This document shows positions 1 through 13,364 of a stretch of 64,000 nucleotides of DNA, one piece after another. The stretch is from assembly GCA_964016885.1 (NCBI GenBank), contig OZ024756.1, positions 7,068,001 to 7,132,000 on the forward strand. Reading direction: 5' to 3'. This DNA is from Eledone cirrhosa. Taxonomy: Eukaryota. Both the position numbers and the translations under genes were made by a program. Each line of letters opens with the position of its first letter. The first letter of the stretch is position 1. The notes beneath the pieces were generated by a model. It searched no databases, was not told the origin of the DNA, and was given only the letters and a program-made list of their open reading frames with translations.

Positions 1-554
1 GTCTCGCTAGACCGCCACCTTAATATATGTCAGTGTTGAAAATTGCTATTGATCGGGTAATTATTGATCAAGTAATATTTGTTTAGTATTTAGATGTGTT
101 TATCTATTTTATGTTTGGAATATTGTGCTGGGTTATGAAACTTCCTGTGGTTAGTTGCGTGATTATAGCTAATTATGGCGGTGTCTATCACCTCATTTAT
201 TATTTAGTATTTGATATCAATTTATTACACAGTTCCTCGGTTATAACAGTGTACTGAATATCTCCAGCCAAGATATTCCTATGTCTGTAGTGAGTGTTGT
301 TATAATCAGGAGTGGGTGTATATAGTATTTAAAGAAACACTGTAAACATCCTCATACCTCTACATATGTTGTATGGCTGAGAATATATATATATGTATGT
401 ATTTATGTATGTATTTATGTATGTATGTGTGTATATATGTGTATGTATGTATGTGTGTATATATGTGTATGTATGTATGTAAGGTATGTATGTATGTATG
501 TATGTATGTATGTATGTGTGCGTGTATGTTATCTCTTTCTCTTAATTTCGAGTA

Positions 555-1040
555 TATTTTCTTCACCGGCCACCTTCCTGGTGGCAAGGTTGTAAAAGAA
601 AAGAAATTATCATCCCTTGAATCGCAAGAATGTTTTGCAAATTTTGAAGGTGCCAGCTATCGCAGCCATTTGTAGACTATGAATTAGGGAGCTGCGCTCT
701 TTGTCCACAAATCCGAGTTCAGTCATACTTTGGTCCAAGCGGGTTGGTATATAACCTGTATGTATGTCAACATATTTTTGGTAAATATCATCTTGGTTAA
801 GAGAGTGGGACTGGCTTTGTGCAGTGCCTTTGCTCACTATAAAAGCTTCACGGCACAGGCATTGCTTTATATCTGGAGATCTCTCTGCACTTGTCGTCAC
901 ATGGTACAATGGGCCCAGCACTATGTGTCAATAATTGTCACAAGTGTAGTGTTTGTACCAGAGTTTTCAAGTCGTTGGCTGGACTAAAAAGTCACACTCG
1001 TTCAGCGCATCGGCAGGGGTTCTCCTACATGGATATATAG
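555..1040 (+). pseudogene. Decayed 3' end of an RTE-clade LINE with terminal C2H2 zinc finger
   Basis: Manual translation of 938-1010 gives HKCSVCTRVFKSLAGLKSHTRSAH (C-x2-C-x3-F-x5-L-x2-H-x4-H), typical of the C-terminus of RTE/BovB-like ORFs. Upstream 'EGASYRSHL*TMN*GAALF' resembles the A-x-DR-x2-WR-x5-G motif. Stops and frameshifts are present. Confidence 0.6.
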
Positions 1041-1164
1041 AATGTATGTATATGGTTTATGTATGTACGTATGTATATTATGTATGTATGTATGTATGTG
1101 TGTATATATGTTTGTATGTACGTACGTATGTATCTATAGTATTTATGAATGCATGTATGTATGG

Positions 1165-1233
1165 AAATGTATGTGAGTATATATATATGTGTGTGTATAT
1201 ATCTGTATATGTATGTGTCAGTATATATACATG

Positions 1234-1264
<31 letters not shown>

Positions 1265-1841
1265 ATATCTGTATATGTATGTGTGAGTATATATACATGT
1301 GTGTATATATATATCTGTATATGTATGTGTGAGTATATATACATGTGTGTATATATATATATCTGTATATGCATGTGTGATTATAGATACATGTGTGTAT
1401 ATATATATCTGTATATATGTATGTGTATTTATATATACATGTGTATATATATATATCTGTATATATGTATGTGTGAGTATATATACATGTGTGTATATAT
1501 ATCTGTATATGTATGTGTGAGTATGTATACATGTGTGTGTATATATATCTGTATATGTATGTGTAAGTATATATACATGTCTATATATATCTGTATATAT
1601 GTATGTGTGAGTATATATACATGTGTATATATATCTGTATATGTATGTGTGGGTATATATACATGTGTGTATATATATCTGTATATGTATGTGTGAGTAT
1701 ATATACATGTGTGTATATATATTTGTATATGTATGTGTGAGTATATATACATGTATATATATATATCTGTATATGTATGTGTGAGTATATATACATGTGT
1801 GTATATATATATCTGTATATGTATGTGTAAGTATATATGCA

Positions 1842-1894
<53 letters not shown>

Positions 1895-2905
1895 GTATAT
1901 GTATGTGTGAGTATATATACATGTATGTACATATATATCTGTATATGTATGTGTAAGTATATATACATGTGTATATATATATCTTTGTATGTATGTGTGA
2001 GTATATATACATGTGTATATATACCTGTATATATGTATGTGTAAGTATATATACATGTGTGTATATATATATCTGTATAGGTTATGTCTGAGTATATATA
2101 CATGTGTGTGTATATATCTGTATATATATATGTGTGAGTATATACACATGTGTGTATATATATATATCTGTATATGTATGTGTATATATATATCTGTATA
2201 TGTATGTGTGAGTATATATACATGTGTATATACATATCTGTATATGTATGTCTGAGTATATATACATGTGTGTATATATATCTGTATATGTATGTGTAAG
2301 TATATATACATGTGTGTATATATATATATGTATATGTATGTCTGAGTATATATACATGTGTGTATATATATATGTATATGTATGTGTGAGTATATATACA
2401 TGTGTATATATATATCTGTATATATATGTGTGAGTATATATACATGTGTATATGTATGTGTAAGTATATATACATGCGTATATATATATATATATCTGTA
2501 TATGCATGTGTGAGTATATATACATGTGTGTATTTATATCTGTATATGTATGTGTGTGTATATGTACATGTGTATATATATATATATATATATATCTGTA
2601 TATGTATGTGTGAGTATATATGCATGTGTGTATATATCTGTATATGTATGTGTGAGTATATATACATGTGTGTATATATCTGTATATATATATGTGAGAG
2701 TATATACACATGTGTGTATATATATATATATCTGTATATGTATGTGTGAGTATATATACATGTGTGTATATATCTGTAGATGTATGTTTGAGTATATATA
2801 CTTGTGTATATATATATATCTGTATATGTATGTATGAGTATATATGCATGTGTCTATATCTGTATATATACATGTGTGTATATATACATGTGTGTATATA
2901 TATAT
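1165..2905. repeat. Compound (TA/TG) minisatellite, ~44-50 bp unit
   Basis: Recurring unit atctgtatatgtatgtgtgagtatatatacatgtgtg(ta)n with variable TA length. Confidence 0.9.
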
Positions 2906-3139
2906 CTAATTTAAAATTCAAATAAATCTTATAAACTCGATAAACATGCGGCAAATCTAAACTATTTTCATAACACACGCAAACACACACATATACACTG
3001 TACACAAACACACACACACTGTACAATAAGACCACACATATACACTGTACACAAACACACACACATTGTACAATAACACCACACATATACACAGATGGAT
3101 AAGTATATAACCGTTTCTACACATGCTCATACACACATA

Positions 3140-4010
3140 CACACACACATACAGGGCCCTTTATATACATACACACATACAGGGCGCTATATATACATAC
3201 ACACATACATGGCCTTAAATATACATACACACATACAGGGCCCTATATATACATACACACATACATGGCCCTAAATATACATTCACACATACAGGGCCCT
3301 ATATATACATACACACATACAGGGCGCTATATATACATACAGACATACAAGGCCCTAAATATACATACACACATACAGGGCCCTATATATACATACACAC
3401 ATACAGGGCCCTAAATATACATTCACACATACATGGCCCTAAATATACATTCACACATAAATGGCCCTATATATACATACACACATACAGGGCCCTTTAT
3501 ATACATACACACATACAGGGCCCTAAATATACATTCACACATACATGGCCCTATATATACATACACACATAAATGGCCCTATATATACATACACACATAC
3601 AGGGCCCTTTATATACATACACACATACATGGCCCTAAATATACATACACACATACATGGCCCTAAATATACATACACACATACATGGCCCTATATATAC
3701 ATACACACATACAGGGGCCTATATATACATACACACATACAAGGCCCTATATATACATACACACATACATGGCCCTAAATATACATTCACACATACAGGG
3801 CCCTATATATACATACACACATACAGGGCCCTATATATACATACACACATACAGGGCCCTAAATATACATACACACATACAAGGCCCTAAATATACATAC
3901 ACACATACAGGGCCCTATACATACATTCACACATACATGGCCCTAAATATACATACACACATACAGGGCCCTATATATACATTCACACATACAGGGCGCT
4001 ATACATACAT
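3140..4010. repeat. 28-bp minisatellite
   Basis: Unit acagggccctatatatacatacacacat with variants (acatggccctaaat..., acaaggcc...). Confidence 0.92.
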
Positions 4011-4065
4011 CGCACATACATACACACATAAAAACATAGCTTTAAAAACGCACACACAATCACGA

Positions 4066-4153
<88 letters not shown>

Positions 4154-4316
4154 TCCCACATCTATGCGAGCCTTTGTCCACACATTTCACAAAGAATCTA
4201 TAATTGTTTCCACATTTTGCACAAGGCCATCAATTTGAAGAGAAGAGTGAAACTTCCATATATTAATCTGTACTTTCTCTTTAGGGATTACAGCCCTACA
4301 TTAAGGAAATATACAT

Positions 4317-4415
<99 letters not shown>

Positions 4416-4549
4416 AGTATTAAGTATACTATTTATGGTTATGTATGTAATAAAACCTTTTATGGTTATATATTTTTTATACAAACCCTAAATAGTGAAA
4501 GATAGTCATTAATTACTATCTTATTACCAGTAAGATAAATAGCTCAATG

Positions 4550-6222
4550 TAATAATATAATAATAATAATGAAATTATTGTGTACAGTGCTCAGGTGCAC
4601 TACAACTCATCAAAGGTGCATGTATAGTACATAGAATAATGTACAAATGTCAGGAAAATAAACAGTGTATGAGTCATGATATAATAACAATAACGAAATA
4701 TTGTGCACAGTGCCCAGGTGCACCACAACTCATCAAAAAAGTGCATGTACAGTACATAGTGCAATGCACAAACATCAGTAAAATGAACAGTGCACGAGTC
4801 ATGATACACACATGTGTGCATGTGTATGGAAGGGGTAAACAGGTGTAGTTTTGGCGTATTTTGGGAAGCATGAGTGTCTTAAAGGATGCAGTGTCTCGGC
4901 AGCTAACAATTGACGCAGGCAGTTTGTTCCATGCTTCAGCAACTCTGAGCATGAAAAAATGTCTGCGAAAGTCATGGGAGCTGTGCTGTTTTCTTATCTT
5001 GTAGGCATGTCCACGTGTGTTAGACACATGGAGATCAAAGAGGCGCTCAGGGTTGCAGTTGGCGAGATGGTTAAAAACTTTGTGGGTATTCACCAAGTCC
5101 ATTGCCAGACGTCGGAGCTTCAATGAATCCATGCCCAGGGAAGCAAGGCGTTCAGAGTATGGTAGGTGTCTGATGGAGGGTATGCGCTTGGTTGCACGTC
5201 TCTGAACAGTTTCCAGGAGGTCAATGTTCCGAGCAAGGTAGGGGTTCCAGACTGATGATGCGAATTCCAAGTGTGGTCGCACCATAGCTGTATACAGTTT
5301 TAAATAGATGGCTGGAAAGCGGCTAACAAAGGTCTTGCTGAGTGATGCCAAGACACCCTCGGCCTTCTTGACAATCTTAGAGACATGCTTTGTCCAACGC
5401 AAATCGTTGCTGACAGTAATGCCCAGGTCACGTTCACAAGAGGACTTTTTGATGTCAGTGTTGTGGAGGGAGTATGTGGACACTGGATTTTTCCTTCCAA
5501 AATGCATGGTGGTACACTTGTCCACAGCCAGCTTCAGTTGCCAGTCTGTGATCCATTGCTGCATTGTGTCCAGGTCTGATTGTAGGAAAGAGTTGTAAAT
5601 TTCAGGATCAGTCCTTTTGATTTCAAGGTACAGCTTGATGTCATCTGCATATTTTAGTACCGTGGCATTCTGTAAGTTGGCATCTATGTCATTAATATAT
5701 GCCACAAACAAAAGAGGACCAAGAACAGATCCCTGTGGTACACCAGATGACATCTCATATGGTGAAGAATGCTGTCCTAGAACCGTGACTACTTCCTTTC
5801 GGCTGAGAATGAAGGATTTCAGCCAGTCGAAAAGATCATCCCTCACACCCATTGCAGAGAGTTTTGCCATAAGTCTTTTGTGTGGCACAGAATTAAAAGC
5901 CTTAGCAAAGTCAAGGTAAACAACATCCACCCATGAGCCGCTGTCAATGATCCGGGTGATGTCCTCAAGAAACTCGATAAGCTGATCACAGCAGCTGGAG
6001 TTAGGGATAAATCCAAACTGTGAGGGCCGGATGAGGCTGTGAGAGCTCCAGAAGTTCCAAAGTGTTTCTCTGACACAGGATTCCATCAGTTTGGCCATAC
6101 AGCTAGTAAGACTGACTGGACGATAGTTGACAGGTGACATGCGGTTGCCCTTTTTGAACAGGGGAATGACACTGGTAGTTTTCCACTGCTCCGGAGTAGC
6201 ACCATTGCTGAGACATCGGTTG
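4550..6222 (-). mobile_element. 5'-truncated CR1-group LINE (RT domain, 3' region, (TTA)n tail)
   Basis: ORF 4674-6140 extends upstream as NRCLSNGATPEQWKTTSVIPLFKKGNR. RT motifs NYRPVSLTS, QFGF, YLDFAKAFNSVPH, SGVPQGSVLGPLLF, YADD, RDLG, LYTAMVRPHLEFASSVWNP, TRGH. The minus-strand 3' end runs into (TTA)n at ~4550-4572. Confidence 0.92.
4674..6140 (-). CDS. Reverse transcriptase domain of CR1-type LINE ORF2 (N-truncated, endonuclease absent)
   Basis: 488-aa ORF with canonical non-LTR RT motifs (QGSVLGP, YADD). Confidence 0.88.
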   Translation of the reverse strand: MSPVNYRPVSLTSCMAKLMESCVRETLWNFWSSHSLIRPSQFGFIPNSSCCDQLIEFLEDITRIIDSGSWVDVVYLDFAKAFNSVPHKRLMAKLSAMGVRDDLFDWLKSFILSRKEVVTVLGQHSSPYEMSSGVPQGSVLGPLLFVAYINDIDANLQNATVLKYADDIKLYLEIKRTDPEIYNSFLQSDLDTMQQWITDWQLKLAVDKCTTMHFGRKNPVSTYSLHNTDIKKSSCERDLGITVSNDLRWTKHVSKIVKKAEGVLASLSKTFVSRFPAIYLKLYTAMVRPHLEFASSVWNPYLARNIDLLETVQRRATKRIPSIRHLPYSERLASLGMDSLKLRRLAMDLVNTHKVFNHLANCNPERLFDLHVSNTRGHAYKIRKQHSSHDFRRHFFMLRVAEAWNKLPASIVSCRDTASFKTLMLPKIRQNYTCLPLPYTCTHVCIMTRALFILLMFVHCTMYCTCTFLMSCGAPGHCAQYFVIVIIS

Positions 6223-6241
6223 TTTTACAGAGCAATTATAT

Positions 6242-6471
6242 AGAGATTACAATAATCAAAGTTCAGTTTAAATCATTTATTTGCTTACAATTGTTTCCTC
6301 CAAACCGAGGTTTGAATTCTTCGGAGCAACTATTTAGTGATCTATAACATAGGAGGTCAAGTATGTTATAGATCACTAAATAGTTGCTCCGAAGAATCCA
6401 AACCTCGGTTTGGAGGAAACAATTGTAAGCAAATAAATGATTTAAACTGAACTTTGATTATTGTAATCTCT
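6242..6471 (+). mobile_element. Fold-back mini-element (~110 bp arms) containing a hammerhead-like motif
   Basis: Near-perfect inverted repeat with apex ~6351-6362. The right arm has TTGCT-CCGAAGA-[tccaaacc tc ggtttgga]-GAAAC-AATT-GTA-AGCAA at 6384-6432. Confidence 0.75.
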
Positions 6472-6525
6472 CTCTCTCTATATATATATATATATGTAGA
6501 TAAATCTACCAAAATATACGGTAAT

Positions 6526-6659
6526 ATTATTTCTGAAGACAGCATATATATATGTGAAGGTATGTATATTTCCTCTGATAGTTTGTAAAATGTTTACATA
6601 GATCTATATGATATACATACCAACACACATATATACCCTAGAAACGATAGTAAAATGAT
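6526..6659 (+). ncRNA. Candidate type-I hammerhead ribozyme with long stem II
   Basis: ATTATTT-CTGAAGA ... ~100 nt ... GAAAC-GATA-GTA-AAATGAT. Stem I is 7 bp with one G-U. The same 3' half (GAAAC GATC GTA AAAT) recurs at ~31793 (+) and ~19660 (-). Confidence 0.65.
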
Positions 6660-6746
6660 GATTTTTTTAATATAAGGAACTTGTTCTTTGTTTTTATTCA
6701 TTGTTTTTATTAATTTATATATATATATATATATACATATATATAT

Positions 6747-6941
6747 AACGAAGGAATTGTGGTAACGAACCAGATGGACCATAACGCACCAGAGTACTCA
6801 ATACTTAGGGTAGTAGAGTGGGAAATAGGAAAACGTATGACCCCGATGGCTCAGCTCAAGCCGTTTCGACGGCTATTTCTAGACTAAAAAAAAAAAAACC
6901 GTCGAAACGGCTTGAGCTCTGCCGTCAGAGTCATACTGTTT

Positions 6942-6944
<3 letters not shown>
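6747..6944 (-). mobile_element. Asymmetric fold-back mini-element, same family as 26967-27351 and 27419-27610
   Basis: Shared aacgaaggaa...ccataacgcacc...gtactcaatacttagggtagtagagtggg extension and inverted cgtttcgacgg/ccgtcgaaacgg arms; flanked by (TA)n. Confidence 0.8.
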
Positions 6945-6999
<55 letters not shown>

Positions 7000-7075
7000 C
7001 GACCGAACTAGAAACCGCCTTCTTGTCACTCTGCCTTTTCATTCCCATGGATTATATTCCTTTGTTATATTTCGA

Positions 7076-7133
7076 ATACCTGATGATGTCACCGTATTCA
7101 TACTGAACCCGTTCATTGAAATGATGATAGTAT
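7076..7133 (+). ncRNA. Candidate type-I hammerhead ribozyme
   Basis: ATAC-CTGATGA-...-GAAA-T-GATG-A-TA-GTAT. Intact core and 4-bp stem I; stem II is poorly defined. Confidence 0.55.
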
Positions 7134-7477
7134 AATAAACATTTAAAGAATTACACCAGTCCAGCCTCCTGTTATTTTATAATAATTAACGCCATACTCG
7201 CACCAACACCACAATCGTCGTGTGTTCTCACTAATATTACATCGTGGTTGACCATACGGAATGACCAGTTCTTTTTGTCTGACCTGTTTAGCTTGACTTG
7301 TTTTTTTGGCTTAGGTGGTTAATGGCTTCTTGACCTCCTTCTCAGTTTGTATGGCCTTTATAACCTATGTTTATTGCTCTGGTCTTTCTAGCCCATGGAG
7401 CTCTTGCCAGCATGATTCGGAATTTGCGTTATGTCTCGCTTTTTCGACCCGCCGAAATGCGATTCTCACTGAAAAAA

Positions 7478-7517
<40 letters not shown>

Positions 7518-7521
<4 letters not shown>

Positions 7522-7702
7522 AACATAAATTATAGAGATTCGCGTTTCGGCCCACGAAATAACGAAAAACAACCTCCGAGATGTGAGGCAAGAGCTCAAT
7601 GATTCAGATGAACCAGAGCTACAACATACGTAAAGGCCAAACACACTGAGACGATGGTTAAACAATCATTCGCATAGCCAAAAAACAAACGATCAAGTAA
7701 TT
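7518..7702. repeat. Interspersed repeat, second copy at ~13546-13730
   Basis: acaaacataaatta..gagattc..tttcggcccacgaaataacgaaaa..aacctccgagatgtg..gctcaatgattcagatgaaccagagcta... occurs at both sites. Confidence 0.85.
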
Positions 7703-7751
7703 CGGGTATTGAAAAATTTACCCGGACCCCTGGAAGGTTGGTAAAATCCAG

Positions 7752-7801
<50 letters not shown>

Positions 7802-7966
7802 AAAAGAGTCAGGACCCCGTCGGCTGAGCTCCGGTCGTTTCGACAGCAAGATCGGAACGAGTTCGGATCTTGCTGTCAAATATAGGAGGCCATCTTCAGT
7901 TGATTTAGGTTGACTTATATCTCCATGATACATATCTTGTCCGCAAATCCCTAATCGGCTAGCCAC

Positions 7967-8023
<57 letters not shown>

Positions 8024-8182
8024 AAATATGTGTCTGTGTGTGTATGTATCTGTATGTGTGTGTGAGTGTGTTTGTGTGTGTGTGTGTGGTAAGTATTTTC
8101 GAAGAAAAAGCAAAGGAAAAAAGAGTGCTCTATGTATAAAGCAGAGCTATTTAATTAGAAAGTAAACAACACAATATAACTA

Positions 8183-8250
8183 ATCCATTACCAAAGGTTT
8201 CAGGACCCTGGATAGTGTTAACATACTGCTAGTTCGCTAATCAGATGAAA
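8183..8250 (-). ncRNA. Degenerate hammerhead-like motif within short inverted repeat (8153-8293)
   Basis: Reverse strand reads TTCAT-CTGATTA-...-GAAACC-TTT-GGTA-ATGGA (G8 variant). Confidence 0.4.
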
Positions 8251-9429
8251 TATTTATATTAACTATTTATATTGTGCTGTTTACTTTCTAATTTCTAATT
8301 CAATATATATATGAATATAGTAAAATAGAAAATATTTAATATGTATTCATACATAGTATATATTATATTATTTATTATATATAATATATACTATTATATA
8401 TATAATATATACTGCCGAGGTTGACTTTGCCTTTCATCCTTACGGGGTTGATAAAATAAAGTACCAGTAATGCACTGGGTAATTGCTGGCCTTGTGCCTA
8501 AAGTAGAAACAATTATTTATTATATATAATTTAACGATTTTATTTATTATATATTATTTAGAATTTGTATGTAGGGAGGGGCACTCTCTGGAAATAGGCT
8601 GAGTGTATAACGTGGCCCAGGTGGCCCCAAAATGTTTCAGAACCTTTGGTTTACTGGGTTTAACATTTAGGACATATGCTAGGGAATTTCCGAGGTATAC
8701 AGTGAGAGGAATCACAATAGAAACATCAGGAAAGGAAACACGGGAATAATAGTGATTCGAGCAGCAGAGTCAACCAAGCATGAAATATCGATCTGTTGTA
8801 CCTGATTGAACATCAATGGCTGGAGATGCCAGCTTTGGAATAAACATGGACGTCATAGACTCTAGATAGCAATTATTGAACACGTGTGAACATGTAGGTA
8901 TGTGTCTGTGTGTATGTAAATGTATGTATGTGTGTATATGTGAGTATGTATGTTTGTATGTCTGTATGTGTGTATGTGTGTGTATGTGTGTGTGAATTCA
9001 TCTGTGTACGTATGTGTGCATGTATGAATGTGATTGTATGTATGTGTATATATGAATGTGATTGTATGTATGCATGTGTGTGTATATGTGTGCATGTGTA
9101 CGGAAGTATGCACGTGTGTGTACATATGGATGATGTGAGTATGCATGTATGTATGTATGTATGTATGTATGTATGTATGTATGTATGTATGTATGCATGT
9201 GTGTCTGTGTGCATGTGTGTGTAAAAATCTTCACGCACAGGCATTGCACGATAACATTAATAATATTAATATTTATAAGATTTCACCTGATTGGCTGGCT
9301 GTAGCTTTAAAAGCAACCAATCAATGATGTCCCAAAACAGTATAAACGTAAGTGAAATAAAGGCTCTGGAACCACAGTAGGTGAAAGGGCCTGGCTAGGC
9401 AGCGGCCCCAGGGCGTCACAGCCTGGACC

Positions 9430-11722
9430 CGGCCGTCATCGTGCCTCTGTGATTGAACCGAACAAAACATTGTATATTGGCCGTTGGAATGTACAGACAC
9501 AGCTTGACAGTGATTCCTCAGAACATCCTGAACGAAGGACCGCTCTTGTTGCGAAGAAGCTTCGTCTTTACGATCTTGACATCGCTGCTTTATCTGAGAC
9601 GAAGTTAGCTGGAGATGGTCATCTTTCGGAATGTTGTGAAAAATGTACGTTCTTTTGGAAAGGGAGAGATGAAGGAATTAGAAGAGAGGCTGGAGTAGTA
9701 TTTTCTGTTAAGACTTCTCTTGTGGATAAATTGGAAGGATTCCCAGTGAGGATTAGTGAGCGTCTTATGTCCATGAAAATTCTGCTGGACAAAGGAAGAT
9801 ATGCGACCCTGGTGAGTGAGTATGTTCCAACTATGAATTCTGTTGATTAGAAAAAAGTATCTTCCTACCATGCTTTGAAAAGTTTTATAAGAAATATCCA
9901 TCAGACAGACAAGGTCATCGTTCTGTGTGACTTAAATGCTAGAGTGGGTAGGTATTTTAACACATGGAATATAATCGGAAGGCATGGGGTGGGAAAGTAT
10001 AACAAAAATGGTATGCTCCTGCTGTAGATGTGTGAGGAGCTGGATCTGTGTGTTACCAACACCATGTTCCAGCAGAAGCAGAAGTTTAAGACCACATGGA
10101 TGCACCCTGCACCTACATCCTTGTCAGGGTGATGACACACAGCATGTGCAGTGTTTTCGTGTTCTTCGTGGGGCTGAGTGTTGGACGGACCACCGCCTGG
10201 TACGTGCGAAAGGGAAATTAATTACAAAACGTAAAATCCGGGCTCCTGGTGTTACCCTGCCTAAAAGACTGAATGTTGCTCGCCTTAGGGGTAATAGTGT
10301 GAAGAGAGCATTGCAAGAAGAAATGAATGTTGCAGATATTGGTGAGGATTGGCCGACTCATAAAAAGTCTGTTTATGATGTTGGCATGCGTGTTCTGGGA
10401 TTGGTGCAGAGAAAACTTCGAGACTGGTTTAATGAGAATGATGAACATATAGGAAGACCTGTTGGCTGATAAGAGGCGTACTCTGTCACGCTACTTGACA
10501 GCAAAGCCACAGGAGAAGAATATGTTGAATAAGGAACTCAAGGATCCGAAATCACGTGTGAAGCGGAAGGTCTCTCAGATGAAAGATAAGTGGTGGAGTG
10601 AGAATGCTGATGAAATTCAAGCTGCATCAGATTCCAATAACACAAAGCTGTTGTACAGTCTCTTGCGTGAAGTTTTCGGGGACAACTCTTCGCAGCAAGG
10701 ATGGCAAGAAACTCACAGGGGATTCTGCGAAGGTGGTGAGAGCTCTTTGATGAACTTTTGAATCAGCCGTCTGTCATCAATGAAGATTTCCTCAATCTCA
10801 TTCCTGAAAAACCTGTGCAAGTAGCTCTCGCAGAACCACCGACAATTGCGGAGGTTGCAGTAGCTATCTCAAAGCTGAACAGTGGAAGGTCTCCAAGTAT
10901 GGATGGCAGAGCTCTTACAATATGGTGGTGAGAGACTTCTGCAACGTCTTCACTCTTTGTTTGGCAGGATATGGGCTAGTGAATCCGTACCTGAAAACTG
11001 GAGAGATGCAGTAATGGTAGTCTTGTACAAAGGAAAGGGTAGCAAGAATGATTGTAGAAACTATAGAGGTATACCATTGCTGCAAAAACAAAAGTATTTA
11101 CCTAAATCATAAGAAACCTCTTGTATGCAGATGATTGCGATCTTATAGCGCACACAGACTGATATGCAGCACATTTTGAATGCATTTTCTGATGCTTGCA
11201 CTGCCCTAGGATTGACTGTCAGTCTCAAGAAAACCGTCGTCATGTACCAACCAACCCCTGGTAAGCAGTTCAATGAACCAAATATCTAAGTGTATGGTAA
11301 GAGTCTTGGAGTGGTTGATCATTTTGTCTACTTAGGAAGTACTGTCAATCGATACAGCAGTCTTGACAATGAAATTCCACACAGGGTTAGGAAAGCAAGT
11401 GATGTTTTCGGAAAGCTTGAAAGGTGTTTCTGGGATCGGCAAGACATAAGCTAGAAGACAAAATTAAAGGTGTATAAGGCATGTGTGCTCTCTTCTTTTC
11501 TTTATGCCTGGGTCACATATCGACACCACCTCAAACAGTAGGAACATTTCCATCAGATGTATCTCAGACAGAAACATGGCGTTCACTGGAGGGACCACAT
11601 CAGTGATGTCGAGATTTTTGAAAGCTCTGTGTGAAAGCATAGAAGCTCTTGTGCTTATGCAAAGACACCGATAAAGGGGTCACCTTGGCAGAATGGAGGA
11701 TACTAGAATACCAAAACAACTC
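9430..11722 (+). pseudogene. Decayed RTE-clade LINE (APE endonuclease plus RT), internally deleted
   Basis: IGRWNVQT, DIAALSETKL, GVVFSVK, ERLMSM, YVPT, CWTDHRLV, WRDAVMVVLYKGKG, NYRGIPLL, YADD, FVYLGS, GHLGRMEDTRIPKQL across several frames, with stops. Confidence 0.9.
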
Positions 11723-11818
11723 GGACGTATGTCAAGTTTGATTTAATGCTTGAAATGCCTAAGACCCAAGCCGACAAAAGAAGAGGGGAATGTCCATTGT
11801 TGGTGCCCTCCTTTTATT

Positions 11819-11859
<41 letters not shown>

Positions 11860-12230
11860 AAGTATGTGTGTGTGTGTAACTGTATATATATGTACCTGCA
11901 TACCCCAAACATAACTCACACACACACACATACACGTATATGAGTGTAAGGTGTGTGGGTGTGCCTAGAAGGTACATGTCAAAACGTATTTTATTGATAT
12001 AAGCCAAGCTAAGCATCTAATTTATCTAACTCTCAACTGACTTACGTCATGTACACACAGACACACACATTTACGAAAATACACACATATGGATATATAT
12101 ATATACATATACATTAAAAAAATATATATATATATGCATATACATATGTGTGTATAAATATATATATACATATAAATATATATATATACATATATATAAG
12201 CATATATATATCTGTATATATATAAGCATA

Positions 12231-12284
<54 letters not shown>

Positions 12285-12466
12285 TATATAAGCAATATAT
12301 ATAATACAAAACGATGATTCAATCAATTACAAGTCTAATAATTAATTTGTAATTAAAACACTTCTGTCTCATCCTTTAATAATTAATTTACGATTCCTCC
12401 TTCTAAGAAATATAATACTGAAGACACGTATAAGGAATATATATATATATATACATACACACACAC

Positions 12467-12535
<69 letters not shown>

Positions 12536-13319
12536 CAATATCGGAGGAAGCTTTTTAGCGATACTCCGGCCAAATTCCAACTCACTCAACAAACATTAGG
12601 AAATAAGTGATTATATTCCCAATTATGTGTTCGGGGTGCTAACTAAAAGTATTGCGTAGAAAATTGGCTGTATTATTTCAAATGAGACATATCTAATATA
12701 TCTCTTCCCAGACGGACGTCTCGTTTCATTATAGGATTCCTACAATGTGGGTGAAATTATACCAGTTTATGTAGGAGCTTGTATACCATCAATAGATATA
12801 TATTCAAGTGGGCTCCTATAATTTATCAGTGGGTGCCCCAATACTACTAATATTGATAATCTAACAAACATCAGCATTTAGCGATAATCATCATCAGTGC
12901 CTGAGGTATCTGTCAGGTTGCCAGTCCAGCAGTTCTGAATGAAGTGCTCGAACTGATTCAAAAACTGAGGAAGTGAATTACCGCAAAAAAAAAAACAATA
13001 CATGCGCGTGACAATGAAATCTGAAAGGAATTCAGGCCACGTGCTAAGAATTCAATTGGAAATTGAAAATATTTCTATGTGTGTACAACATTTGATGACA
13101 CACACAGATATTTTCTCGGGCAAAATAACAGAATGAGATATAAGGAACAATCAATATTCATATATATACATGCATATACATATACGTATGGCTGAATACT
13201 AGAGCTAATCAAATCTGATCAGCCAGTCTGGTAATTTACGAATCAGGCCGTCAGTTACTGTATATTCCAGAAAATATCATATTTTCACTACCTCTGACAG
13301 ATGGCAGGTAAACACTATA

Positions 13320-13364
13320 CTGTGCTGATGATGGGTAATAACCCCAAAACATTAGTGTTTACAG
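13320..13364 (+). ncRNA. Candidate hammerhead motif (G12A variant)
   Basis: CTGTG-CTGATGA-T-GGG taataa CCC-C-AAAAC-ATTAGT-GTT-TACAG. The related copy at ~33609 retains GAAAC-ATTAGT-GTA-TGCAG and shares the downstream ~100 bp. Confidence 0.5.

Noticed and set aside
938-1010. Host C2H2 zinc-finger gene exon
   Set aside because: Single finger in a duplicated, decayed context that matches an RTE C-terminus; no TGEKP-linked array
360-4484. Many long ORFs rich in Y/I/H/T/C/V/M (also 40094-43539, 47276-48085, 51314-52373)
   Set aside because: Translations of (TA)/(CA)/(TG) microsatellites that lack stops by composition
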